Made by a program: the position numbers and the translations under genes. Positions 9,665 through 19,007 of a stretch of 64,000 nt of DNA are shown in pieces. Below the pieces are notes generated by a model. It was not told the DNA's origin. It saw only the letters and a list, made by a program, of their open reading frames with translations, and made no database searches. The first letter of the stretch is position 1, and the number at the start of each line of letters is the position of its first letter. Source of the DNA: an uncultured Acidimicrobiales bacterium (GTDB lineage: Bacteria; Actinomycetota; Acidimicrobiia; Acidimicrobiales; SHLQ01); the NCBI GenBank assembly GCA_964390555.1, contig CAYMJU010000032.1, positions 30,563 through 94,562 of the forward strand, in the 5' to 3' direction.

Positions 9665-10923
9665 TCCCGATGACCCCGATGACCACTATTTCGAGCGACC
9701 GGGGACGAGATCTGAAGGTGATGAAGCGCCGGGCGACCGGGTTGTTGGTCCTCGCCGTGATCGGGTTCCTCGTGCTCCAAGTGACCGAACCTTCGGGGGC
9801 CGGATGGGGTTATCTCGAGGCGGCCGCGGAAGCGGGCATGGTTGGTGGTCTGGCCGATTGGTTCGCGGTGACCGCGCTGTTCCGCCATCCCCTGGGGCTC
9901 CCCATACCCCACACGGCGATCATCTCGGAACGCAAGGAGCAGCTTGGCCGAACCCTCGGCGAGTTCGTCGAGGAGAACTTCCTCACGCCCGATGTCGTAG
10001 CCGAGAAGGTCCGCAGTGTGCGCGTCGGCGACCGGGCGGCCGCCTGGTTGGCCGCTGACACCAACCGGGCGACGGCCGGCCGCCATGTCGCGGCGACCCT
10101 GTCCGGTGCCGCCGAGGTGTTGCGTGACGACGACGTTCAGTCCGTCCTGGAATCGGCCCTGCTCGCCCGGATCCGTCGCATCCCGGCAGCCCCCGCCGCG
10201 GGACGGGCGATCGAGCTGCTGACCGCCGACGGCCGGCACCACGACGTCGTCACCGCCGCAACCCGTGGCGCCATCGGCTTCATCGACGACAACCGTCACG
10301 CGCTGCGCGACCAGTTCGGCCGCGAGTCGCCCTGGTGGGTGCCCGAGTCGATCGACGACCGCATATTCACCAAGCTGTTCGACGGATTGCGGGGCTTCCT
10401 GAACGAGGTGGCCAACGATCCCAACCACCTGGTTCGCGATCACCTCGATCGGCGGCTGGCGGTACTGGTGGTCGAACTGCGAACGAGCCCCGACCACCTT
10501 CGTCGCGGCGAGGAGCTCAAGGCCGAGCTGCTCGAGCACCCCGACGTGCGGGCGTGGGTGGCCACGCTGTGGAGCGACCTCAAGACCCGGCTGCTGGCCC
10601 AGAGCGCCGATCCCGACTCCGAACTTCGGCACCGGATCGACGCCTTCGTCGCCCGGCTCGCCGAATCACTGGCTACCGACCCCGCGCTGCGCCGCAAGAT
10701 CGACGGTTGGGTCGAGGGAACGGCGCGCTATCTCGTCGACGCCTACCGCCACGAGGCGACCGAGCTGATCGCCGGCACGGTCGCCCGCTGGGACCCGAGG
10801 GAGGCATCTGACCGCGTCGAAATGGCGGTCGGCTACGACCTCCAGTTCATCCGCATCAACGGCACCCTCGTCGGCGCCGTCGCCGGTTTGGCGATCCACG
10901 GCATCGCCGCCCTGCTGGGCTGA
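9661..10923 (+). CDS. DUF445 family membrane-associated protein
   Basis: The conserved block GGLADWFAVTALFRHPLGLPIPHTAIISERKEQLGRTLGEFV is typical of DUF445/YjiN-like proteins. ATG at 9661 overlaps the mutM stop (ATGA). In-frame alternative ATGs lie at 9670, 9679 and 9721, and the first three sit in a 9-bp CCGATGAyC triplet repeat. Confidence 0.75.
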   Translation: MIPMTPMTTISSDRGRDLKVMKRRATGLLVLAVIGFLVLQVTEPSGAGWGYLEAAAEAGMVGGLADWFAVTALFRHPLGLPIPHTAIISERKEQLGRTLGEFVEENFLTPDVVAEKVRSVRVGDRAAAWLAADTNRATAGRHVAATLSGAAEVLRDDDVQSVLESALLARIRRIPAAPAAGRAIELLTADGRHHDVVTAATRGAIGFIDDNRHALRDQFGRESPWWVPESIDDRIFTKLFDGLRGFLNEVANDPNHLVRDHLDRRLAVLVVELRTSPDHLRRGEELKAELLEHPDVRAWVATLWSDLKTRLLAQSADPDSELRHRIDAFVARLAESLATDPALRRKIDGWVEGTARYLVDAYRHEATELIAGTVARWDPREASDRVEMAVGYDLQFIRINGTLVGAVAGLAIHGIAALLG

Positions 10924-10937
10924 GCTACGTTCCTGCC

Positions 10938-12113
10938 GTGGCGACCGACGACACCGACTTTCGCCAACGGATCGCGCGAAACAAGCGAGCGACGCTGGTG
11001 CTGTTGACCGGGTTCTTCCTGCTCCTGGCCACCGTGTGCAGCGTGGTCGCCCTCGCGATCGGCGGTGGCATCATCGTGGCCGGCATCGGCACCATCGCCG
11101 CGTTCGCCATCGCCTGGGTGAGCTACCGCAACTCGGACCGGCTCGCCCTGTCGTCGACCGGAGCGACACCGGCAGATCCCGCGATGTTCGCCCAGCTGCA
11201 CAACGTGGTCGAGGAGATGTCGATCGCGGCCGGGATTCCCAAGCCCCGGGTCTTTGTCGTGAACGACCCGGCCCCGAACGCCTTTGCCACTGGGCGCGAT
11301 CCCGACCATGCAGCGGTGGCGGTCACGACCGGACTCCTCGAGAAGTTGAACCGCGACGAGCTCCAAGGGGTCATGGCCCACGAACTGGCTCACATCCGCA
11401 ACTACGACATCCGGATCATGACCGTCGCCGTTGCCACCGCCGGCTCGATCGCGCTGATCACCGACCTCGCCTGGCGGCTCCTGTGGTTGGGCGGGGGTCG
11501 CAGCCGGAACAAGAACGCCAACCCGCTCGCCCTGCTCGGGCTGGTGGTCGTGGGGTTCCTGGCGCCGCTCGCGGCCGCGATGTTGAAGGCCGCCATCAGC
11601 CGCCAACGAGAGGGTCTGGCCGACGCCTCGGCGATCGAGTTCACCCGTCACCCGACCGGTCTCAGGAAGGCGCTCGAGAAGCTCGACGCCGACTCGACCG
11701 TCGTGCGACGCACCTCTCACGCCACCTCGCACCTGTGGATCGAGTCGCCCGACACCCACGAGCCCCAAGAGCGGGGTCGGTGGATCAACAACATGTTCGA
11801 CACCCATCCCCCGCTTCGCGAACGCATCGACGTTCTGCGGGCGATGGAGGGCCTGCCCGCCTACACCGGCCCCGACCCCACAATGGTCGCCGAGTTGAGG
11901 GAACGCGCTGCGACCGATGCCGCGCGCCGGGGCCTCGACGGGGCATTCGGGCGCTCCGGTTCGTCGGCGTGGGACACGATGACAGCGCAGTCCGGCGCCG
12001 CGGCGAGCCCGTCGGGCGCCGCACCCGGCTGGTACCCCGATCCGTCCGGCGTGGCGAAGGCGCTGCGCTTCTGGGATGGAACCTCCTGGACCGCGCACCT
12101 CCACCGGCCCTGA
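10938..12113 (+). CDS. htpX: M48 zinc metalloprotease HtpX with C-terminal DUF2510-like tail
   Basis: Has two N-terminal TM helices, the HELAHIRNYD zinc motif and a downstream Glu ligand region. The C-terminus GWYPDPSGVAKALRFWDGTSWTAH matches the DUF2510 signature. Confidence 0.85.
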   Translation: MATDDTDFRQRIARNKRATLVLLTGFFLLLATVCSVVALAIGGGIIVAGIGTIAAFAIAWVSYRNSDRLALSSTGATPADPAMFAQLHNVVEEMSIAAGIPKPRVFVVNDPAPNAFATGRDPDHAAVAVTTGLLEKLNRDELQGVMAHELAHIRNYDIRIMTVAVATAGSIALITDLAWRLLWLGGGRSRNKNANPLALLGLVVVGFLAPLAAAMLKAAISRQREGLADASAIEFTRHPTGLRKALEKLDADSTVVRRTSHATSHLWIESPDTHEPQERGRWINNMFDTHPPLRERIDVLRAMEGLPAYTGPDPTMVAELRERAATDAARRGLDGAFGRSGSSAWDTMTAQSGAAASPSGAAPGWYPDPSGVAKALRFWDGTSWTAHLHRP

Positions 12114-12132
12114 CTGCGGTACCGTCGTCGCC

Positions 12133-13632
12133 GTGGCGGCTCGACTTCTACGCCCAAGGTTCCTTCGCGTCGCGCTCCTCGTAGCGGTCGTCGCCAGCGT
12201 GACGGCCGGCGTCTCGGGGCCCGCCCACGCCGACGAGATCGACGACCTGCAGGCTCGGCTCGCCGAGCTCGACGGCGAGATCGCCGCCGCCGACGCCGAG
12301 CTGGCGACCCTTGAGGACGCGCTCCGTCAGATCAACGCCGACCTGGCGATCACGTCGGCCACGCTCGAGTTGACCGCCGACGAGTACGCCCGCACGGTCG
12401 AGACCCGGCGCGGCCCGGCCGGGATCCGCCACATCGCTGCGATTCAGAGCTACGTCCGTGGTGATCCGCGCTCCGAAGCACTGCTCGAGGAGCTCCAGGG
12501 CCTCGGCAACGATTCGACGCCGGCGATTCGCGCCGAGTTGTTCTCTGCCGTGATCGACGAGACGACAGACGACCTGGCGGCGATCGACGCCGCCCTCGTC
12601 GCGCTGGGCGACGAGGTCGTGTCCCTCCAAGGGTCCCGCACCGAGCACGAGCAACTCCTCGCCACCACCCAGGCCCGCTTCACCGAGGTCACCGTCGCGC
12701 GCCAGGCCCTCGTGACCGAGCGCGCCGAGGTGGAGGATCGCATCGAGTTCCTGCGCTCGCTCGTCAACCGGCCCGTTCTGACCGGCCTCCCCGGTGCCAA
12801 CCCCGACCGGCCGGCGCTGGTGGTCAAGATCGACAATGTCGACCCGGCGCGGCCCCAGGCGGGGATCAACCAGGCCGACATCGTCTACGAGGAGCTGGTG
12901 GAGGGCGGGCTGACCCGCCTGGCCGCCGTGTTCCACTCGACCGACGTCCCTCGAGTCGGCCCGGTCAGGTCGGCCCGCACCACCGACATCGAGCTGCTCG
13001 CCAACCTCGACCGCCCGCTGCTCGCCAGCTCGGGTGCCAACGGGGGTACTCGCGACCTGATCGGTCAGTCGTCGCTCGTGAGCATCGGGCACCCCGACTC
13101 GCCCCAGTCGTACTTCCGCGACAACGGCCGGTCGGCGCCTCACAACCTGTTCTCGACCACCGCCGATCTGTGGGCCCTCGACGGCGGCCGGGGCGGCCGT
13201 CCGTCCGCGCAGTTCACGTTCCGCGCCCCCGAGGGCTCGCTGCCGCCGTCGGCGCGCCCGGCACGGGGTCTGGCGGTCCGGTTCGAGCGGGCGTCGATCA
13301 GCTACTCGTGGGACGGCAGCGGCTGGGCCCGAACCCAGAACGGCCGAGCCCATGTCGATGCCGGTGGCGTCGGGGTGTCCCCCGAGAACGTGATCGTCCA
13401 GTTCATCGAGTACGGCACGAGCCCCGCGGACGCCAACAGCCCCGAGGCTCACGTCACCGGCGAGGGTGACGCCTGGATCTTCACCGCGGGGGCCGTGATC
13501 GAGGGCCGGTGGCGACGCGACTCGGCCGGCGATCGCACGGTGTTCACCGACCCTGACGGCAACGAGGTCACGTTGACACCGGGCCGCACCTGGGTCGAGC
13601 TGGCCGAGCCGGGTACCGGCACGATCAGCTGA
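12133..13632 (+). CDS. DUF3048 domain secreted protein with N-terminal coiled coil
   Basis: PALVVKIDNVDPARPQAGINQADIVYEELVEGGLTRLAAVFHS is the DUF3048 (YerB-like) core. The signal peptide is VAARLLRPRFLRVALLVAVVASVTAGVSGPAHA. The track start at 12076 overlaps htpX by 38 nt, so I prefer GTG 12133, but the start is uncertain. Confidence 0.7.
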   Translation: MAARLLRPRFLRVALLVAVVASVTAGVSGPAHADEIDDLQARLAELDGEIAAADAELATLEDALRQINADLAITSATLELTADEYARTVETRRGPAGIRHIAAIQSYVRGDPRSEALLEELQGLGNDSTPAIRAELFSAVIDETTDDLAAIDAALVALGDEVVSLQGSRTEHEQLLATTQARFTEVTVARQALVTERAEVEDRIEFLRSLVNRPVLTGLPGANPDRPALVVKIDNVDPARPQAGINQADIVYEELVEGGLTRLAAVFHSTDVPRVGPVRSARTTDIELLANLDRPLLASSGANGGTRDLIGQSSLVSIGHPDSPQSYFRDNGRSAPHNLFSTTADLWALDGGRGGRPSAQFTFRAPEGSLPPSARPARGLAVRFERASISYSWDGSGWARTQNGRAHVDAGGVGVSPENVIVQFIEYGTSPADANSPEAHVTGEGDAWIFTAGAVIEGRWRRDSAGDRTVFTDPDGNEVTLTPGRTWVELAEPGTGTIS

Positions 13633-13647
13633 CGTCGAACCGTCCCG

Positions 13648-15120
13648 ATGCCTCACCCCCGATACCGAACGGCAAAACTCGCGAGCTCTGTCGTAGACGA
13701 CGAACCCTTCGAGCGGGCCCTGCGCCGTATCCGTGACGAGCTCGGGCTCCCGGCCGTCTACCCCGCCGAAGCCGCCGCCGAAGCCGCCGACATGGCCCAC
13801 CGGGGTCCTCGGCCGCCCCCGGGGGTCCACGGCGACCCGATAGACGCCACCGACTTGGCGTTGTTGACGATCGACCCCGAAGGGTCGCGCGACCTCGACC
13901 AAGCGGTCGGAATCGAACGCCGCGGCCACGGGTACCGGGTCCACTACGCCATCGCCGACGTCGCCTCGTTCGTAGTGCCGGGCGGCGCCCTCGACACCGA
14001 GGTGCGCCAGCGCGGCCTCACGCTGTACCTGCCCGACGAGCGGGTACCGCTGCACCCACCGGTACTGAGCGAGGGTGCCGCCAGCTTGCTCCCCGACCAG
14101 CACCGGCCGGCGCTGCTGTGGCTCCTGGATCTCGACGCCGACGGCGAGCTCGAACGGGCGACTGTCGAGCGAGCGACCGTGCGCAGCCGGGAGCAGCTGT
14201 CCTACGTCGAGGCCCAGGACCGCATCGACGCCGGGCACCACGACATGCTCCAATTGCTCCGCGAGGTCGGCGAGCGGCGCGTGGCGATCGAGCTGGCCCG
14301 CGGCGGAGTCAGCCTGCGTACGCCGGTTCAGGAGGTGAGCATCGTCGACTCCCCCGGCGCCAAGCAGTACGCGCTGACCTTCGAGACCACCCTCCCGGTC
14401 GAGAACTGGAACGCCCAGATATCGCTGCTCACCGGCATGGCCGCCGCGCGGATCATGCTCGACGCCGGCGTCGGCGTGCTGCGCACGCTTCCCCGACCCC
14501 GCGGCGGCGCCGTGGACGACCTGCGGCACCAGGCGCGCGCCCTCGGCATCGCGTGGCCGGCGAGCCTCCCGTATGCCGAGCGAATGAGCACCCTCGACAT
14601 GTCCCAACCGGCGTCGGTCGCCCTGGCCACGCAAGCGGCGCGCTCGATGCGCGGCGCGGGATATCTCGCTTTCACTAGCCCGCCCGGCGTTGACCACGGC
14701 CATTGGGCCATTGCCGCCGACTATGCCCACGTGACCGCGCCGCTGCGCCGCTTGGTCGACCGGTTCGCCTTGGAGATCGTCGTTGCGGTGTGCGCCGGCC
14801 GGCCGGTCCCGGAGTGGGTCGAGGCCGCCTTGCCGGGTCTACCGCGATTCATGGATCAGGCCCGGTCTCGCGAACGCGCCGTCGAGCGGGCCGTGGTCGA
14901 CGTGACCGAGTGTCTCGTGCTCAGCGGCCGGGTCGGCGAACAGTTCGAGGCCACCGTCACCGCCGTCGACGAGCGTGGCGCGCAGATCGTGCTGTCCGAT
15001 CCGCCGGTGGTGACACTCATCGACGCCGGTGTCGAGCTCGGCTCGCGGGTGGCGGTCACTTTGGCCTCGGTCGACCTCGACCGCCGCCGGGTCACCTTCG
15101 AGCTGAGCGCCCCCCAATAG
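13648..15120 (+). CDS. RNB-domain exoribonuclease (RNase II/R family)
   Basis: 490 aa. Has the RNB motifs IDPEGSRDLDQAV and HYAIADVASFV, plus ...YAHVTAPLRRLVDR. Confidence 0.85.
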   Translation: MPHPRYRTAKLASSVVDDEPFERALRRIRDELGLPAVYPAEAAAEAADMAHRGPRPPPGVHGDPIDATDLALLTIDPEGSRDLDQAVGIERRGHGYRVHYAIADVASFVVPGGALDTEVRQRGLTLYLPDERVPLHPPVLSEGAASLLPDQHRPALLWLLDLDADGELERATVERATVRSREQLSYVEAQDRIDAGHHDMLQLLREVGERRVAIELARGGVSLRTPVQEVSIVDSPGAKQYALTFETTLPVENWNAQISLLTGMAAARIMLDAGVGVLRTLPRPRGGAVDDLRHQARALGIAWPASLPYAERMSTLDMSQPASVALATQAARSMRGAGYLAFTSPPGVDHGHWAIAADYAHVTAPLRRLVDRFALEIVVAVCAGRPVPEWVEAALPGLPRFMDQARSRERAVERAVVDVTECLVLSGRVGEQFEATVTAVDERGAQIVLSDPPVVTLIDAGVELGSRVAVTLASVDLDRRRVTFELSAPQ

Positions 15121-15148
15121 CCCGCGCCGGGCGCCGATCAGGGACGAA

Positions 15149-16078
15149 TCAAGCGAGGTGATCGGCGGCGCACGCGCCAGCCGGCGTGACGGTCATGATC
15201 TCGACCCCGTCATCGGTGACGGCCAGCATGTGCTCGAACTGAGCCGAACGCCCACCGTCGAGGGTCGCCGCGGTCCAGTCGTCGTCCCAGACGTACAGAT
15301 CCGGCGAACCCAGGGTGAGCATCGGCTCCACGGTGAACGTCATGGCCGGCTCGAGCCGGGTGGTCGCCCACCGATCGTAATAGTGCGGGATCTGCAACGA
15401 AGTGTGGAACTCGGTCCCGATGCCGTGGCCGATGAACTCGCGCACGACGCCCAGATTGTGCTGGCGGGCGTGTTGCTCGATGGCGCGGCCGATCACGTTG
15501 ACTGGAACGCCCGAGCGGGCGGCGGCGAGGCCGGCGTACATCGCCGCGCGGGTTTCTCTGACCAACCGCCACGACGCGTCGTCGATGTCGCCGACCGGGA
15601 ACGTGGCCGACGTGTCACCGTGGACGCCGTCGATGAAGATGGTGACGTCGATGTTGATGATGTCGCCCTCGGCGAGCGGGCGGCTGTCGGGGATGCCGTG
15701 GCAGATGACCTCGTTCACCGACGTGCACACCGACTTCGGGAAGCCGCGATAGTTGAGCGGGCTCGGGTATCCGCCGAGCTCGACGGTCCGATCGTGGACC
15801 GCTACGTCGATGCGATCGGTCGTCACGCCCGGGGCCACGAGCGGCATGGCATCGAGCAGGATCTCCGCCGCCAGAGCACCGGCGCGCCGCATCCGAACCA
15901 GCTCGTCGGGCGTGCGGATGGCGCTCGATCGCGATGGGCCCGGATCCCCGGTCAGCGCATAGGGAGGTCGCGAGACCGAGCGCGGCACGGCCCGCCAGCC
16001 ACTCACCAGGCCCGGACGAATCAGGGCGCTGGTGGACTTCACGAGCGTCGTGTTCTGGGATCGGCGACGTTTGGTCAT
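15149..16078 (-). CDS. map: type I methionine aminopeptidase
   Basis: Has CTSVNEVICHGIPD, DIINIDVT, the metal-ligand His in REFIGHGIG, and EPM/EHM motifs. ATG at 16078 overlaps the upstream MaoC stop (ATGA). The track's longer ORF to 16111 is less likely. Confidence 0.9.
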   Translation of the reverse strand: MTKRRRSQNTTLVKSTSALIRPGLVSGWRAVPRSVSRPPYALTGDPGPSRSSAIRTPDELVRMRRAGALAAEILLDAMPLVAPGVTTDRIDVAVHDRTVELGGYPSPLNYRGFPKSVCTSVNEVICHGIPDSRPLAEGDIINIDVTIFIDGVHGDTSATFPVGDIDDASWRLVRETRAAMYAGLAAARSGVPVNVIGRAIEQHARQHNLGVVREFIGHGIGTEFHTSLQIPHYYDRWATTRLEPAMTFTVEPMLTLGSPDLYVWDDDWTAATLDGGRSAQFEHMLAVTDDGVEIMTVTPAGACAADHLA

Positions 16079-16539
16079 CGCAAGAACCGCGAGACGCTCT
16101 CGACGATGCACGCCGGCTTCGAGCCACCCTCGACCTCGACGGTCAAGGTGATGACGGCCTGGACACCGCCGGGTACCTCATCGACCGCTGAGACCTGGCC
16201 ACGAGCCCGGACGCGCGATCCCACGGTGACCGGGGCCGGGAACCGGACCTTGTTCACGCCGTAGTTGATCCCCATCGATGCGCCACGGACGTCGAGGATC
16301 TGAGGGAGGAACAGGTTGGTCAACGACAAGGTGAGATAGCCGTGGGCGATGGTGGAGCCATAGGGCCCGTCGGCGGCCCGTCCCGGGTCGACGTGGATCC
16401 ACTGGTGGTCGCCCGTCGCGTCGGCGAACCGATCGATGCGTCCCTGGTCGATCGTCAGCCAGTCGCTCACCCCGAGATCGGCACCCACGGCACCGGCGAG
16501 GGCGTCGGGTGACTCGAACACTGTAGGGGTAGTCGGCAT
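16075..16539 (-). CDS. MaoC-like (R)-specific enoyl-CoA hydratase / hot-dog fold dehydratase
   Basis: 154 aa. Has FADATGDHQWIHVDP and the ...TIAHGYLTLS hot-dog signature. Confidence 0.8.
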   Translation of the reverse strand: MPTTPTVFESPDALAGAVGADLGVSDWLTIDQGRIDRFADATGDHQWIHVDPGRAADGPYGSTIAHGYLTLSLTNLFLPQILDVRGASMGINYGVNKVRFPAPVTVGSRVRARGQVSAVDEVPGGVQAVITLTVEVEGGSKPACIVESVSRFLR

Positions 16540-16598
16540 CGGACGATCCTCGAGGGCGGCGAGCTCTCAGTGTAGAGAATCGGCCGACGGGGCCGCGG

Positions 16599-19007
16599 TC
16601 AGAGCCCACGGACCGTGGGTACGACGCGCTCGTGCAGCTCGTCCGCCGGGCTCGGTCGCCCGAGAAGGAAGCCCTGACCGTAGAGCCGCGCGCCGAGCCG
16701 GCCCTCGTCGAGCTCGAGTAGGCGGGCGATGTGCGCCTCGGTCTCGACACCTTCGGCCACCACCGACAGGCCGAGGGCCGCAGCCATGTGCAACATGGCC
16801 TGGACAAGGGCGTCGACCTTGGGCTCGGTCTCCAGCGCCGAGACGAAGGACCGGTCGATCTTGACTCGATGGAGTGGGAACCGGTGCAGATACGCGAGCG
16901 ACGAGTAACCGACCCCGAAGTCGTCTAGGGCGATACGGATTCCGAGCGAATCCAGAGCGCTCAGCGTCCGCTGGGTCTGGCCGGTGTCTTCGATCAGAAC
17001 CCGCTCGGTGAGCTCGATCCAGACCCGATCCGGTGGCGCCGCGGTCCGTTCCAGGACCTCGGCGACCTTGGCGACGAAGTTGGCGTCGGTGAACTGGCGA
17101 GCCGACACGTTTACGGCGACCTGGGGAAGCGAGCGGGGTTCGTAGGGCCAACCGATCAGATGCCGGCACGCCTCCTCGAGCACCCACATGTCGATCGCTC
17201 GCACCATGCCGCTGTCTTCAGCCAAAGAGATGAACGTGTCGGGCATGACCAGACCCCGCTTCGGGCTCTGCCAACGCACGAGCGCCTCGCTCGTGCCCAT
17301 CTCGCCGGTCACGAGGCCGAACGACGGCTGGAAGACCAGTCGCATCTCGCCATTGGGGATGGCCGTGGCCAGCTCGTCGCTCAGGAACTTCCGTTCTCTC
17401 ACCAGATCTCGGAACTGCTCGTCAAAGACGATGACCCGCCCTCGTCCCTGCTCCTTCGAGCGGTACATGGCGATGTCCGCGTTGGCCACCAGGCCTTCGG
17501 GGCGGTCGGCCGGCAGTGCCGACGCCACACCGATCGAGACCGAGATCTGCTGCACCCGACCGAGCCCCCGGATCGGCATGTGCACCACCCGCTGGAGCTC
17601 GAACGCCCGCTCGACCGCTGACGCCTGATCGAGTCCCGGGCATACGACGACGAACTCGTCGCCGCTCAACCGGCCGACCATGTCCTCGAGGCGGACCGAT
17701 CCCTCGAGCCGGCGCGCGATCGTGCGGAGCACGGCGTCGCCGAACTGATGACCGAGGGCGTCGTTGATCGGCTTGAAGCGGTCGACATCGATGAACAGAA
17801 CGGCCAGATCCCCGCCGACCACACGGATACGGCGCAGCTCCTCGTCGAGTTGGCGCAGCACCGACGCCCGGTTGGCCAGCCCGGTCAGACTGTCGTGGTT
17901 CGCCTGGTGCACCGCCGACTCGAGCGCCTGGCGCATCGACATCAACGCGCTGGCATCGTTCAGGGCGATCGACACGTGTTCGGCGAACGCTCGGAGGGCT
18001 CCCTCGTCCTCGATGCTGAACGGGGTTCGCCGCCGCCGGGAACCGACGACGAGTGCCCCCGCAAGCTCGTTCTCCCGATAGACCGGCGTCGCCATGCGAA
18101 AGGTCAGGGGATCGCGGGTCGTGACGTCGTCGCCGTGCTCGGCCGCCTCGGTGGCGGCCAGGGCGACCAGGCGCCGGCCCTCCATGGCCACGGCTCCGAC
18201 ACCGTGGCCGACCGGGACCCGGAAGATCGCGCTGCGCTCGCCCTGGTCCAGTCCGAAGGTCGAGACGAGCCTCGTGTACCGAGCGTCCGCGGCATCGATG
18301 AGCCGCAGCACGCAGATCACGTCGTCGCCGAGGATCTCCGACACGCCGTGCGTGATCGAGTCGAGCACGGTCGCGGTCTCGTGTCGCTGCGAGATCGCCC
18401 GCTCGATCGCCGACAGGTGGTCGAACAGGACCTGGCGCTTGCGGAGCGTTGCGACCAGCTCACTCGTCTGGGTCGCAAGCGCTTCGATCGCCTCGCGCGC
18501 CGACTGCTCGGTGTCGAGCGAGCGCTGCTGGCGGAAGTTCATTCCGGCCAGCTGACAAACGACGCTCAGCGTCTCGCTCTCGACCAGTTCGAAGGGCCCC
18601 TCGCGGAGCGCGACCACGAACCGCATCTCGACCGGATCGATCAGCGCGACATAGACGACGAGGGCCGTCCCATGGTCATCGACGATGTTGGTCCAGCCCA
18701 TGCGGGCCGACCGGACGATTCGGGCTCGGGTGTCGGGACGCTGGATCGGTCCCCAGCTGTGCACAATGCGGTCCCCGCACGTGAGAGCGAGCGCCGTGCA
18801 GCCCAAGGACTCGCCGAGCCGGTCGAGCAGTTGCAGGACGGCCCGCTCGTCTTCGACCGCGCTCGAGGAGAGGAGCGTCAATAGCCCTTCGTTGGACCAG
18901 GTCGTCACGGAGTCGTCACCGGTACTCTCATCGGCTCGGACGCCGCACCGATTGAGGTTCAGGAGAGGTGTGGCATCATCGGGCGCCAAACGACCCAGGA
19001 GTGACAT
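16599..19007 (-). CDS. GAF-GAF-GGDEF-EAL cyclic-di-GMP signalling protein
   Basis: The GGDEF domain has the variant SGDEF (GRLSGDEFVVV). The EAL domain is intact (EALVRW, DDFGVGYSSL, EGVET). The start is uncertain. The track start (19190) overlaps the divergent CDF gene, so candidates are ATG 19007 or GTG near 18911. Confidence 0.8.
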   Translation of the reverse strand: MSLLGRLAPDDATPLLNLNRCGVRADESTGDDSVTTWSNEGLLTLLSSSAVEDERAVLQLLDRLGESLGCTALALTCGDRIVHSWGPIQRPDTRARIVRSARMGWTNIVDDHGTALVVYVALIDPVEMRFVVALREGPFELVESETLSVVCQLAGMNFRQQRSLDTEQSAREAIEALATQTSELVATLRKRQVLFDHLSAIERAISQRHETATVLDSITHGVSEILGDDVICVLRLIDAADARYTRLVSTFGLDQGERSAIFRVPVGHGVGAVAMEGRRLVALAATEAAEHGDDVTTRDPLTFRMATPVYRENELAGALVVGSRRRRTPFSIEDEGALRAFAEHVSIALNDASALMSMRQALESAVHQANHDSLTGLANRASVLRQLDEELRRIRVVGGDLAVLFIDVDRFKPINDALGHQFGDAVLRTIARRLEGSVRLEDMVGRLSGDEFVVVCPGLDQASAVERAFELQRVVHMPIRGLGRVQQISVSIGVASALPADRPEGLVANADIAMYRSKEQGRGRVIVFDEQFRDLVRERKFLSDELATAIPNGEMRLVFQPSFGLVTGEMGTSEALVRWQSPKRGLVMPDTFISLAEDSGMVRAIDMWVLEEACRHLIGWPYEPRSLPQVAVNVSARQFTDANFVAKVAEVLERTAAPPDRVWIELTERVLIEDTGQTQRTLSALDSLGIRIALDDFGVGYSSLAYLHRFPLHRVKIDRSFVSALETEPKVDALVQAMLHMAAALGLSVVAEGVETEAHIARLLELDEGRLGARLYGQGFLLGRPSPADELHERVVPTVRGL

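Noticed and set aside
12148-14730. 860-aa reverse-strand ORF spanning the DUF3048 and RNB genes
   Set aside because: Its composition is Arg/Gly/Ala/Pro-rich with no motifs. It is antisense to two genes with clear family signatures, which is a typical high-GC shadow ORF.
18900-19005. NiCo/czcD-type riboswitch upstream of the CDF exporter
   Set aside because: Only a short stem is visible and I cannot match the consensus from memory. It is kept only as a check suggestion, not a call.
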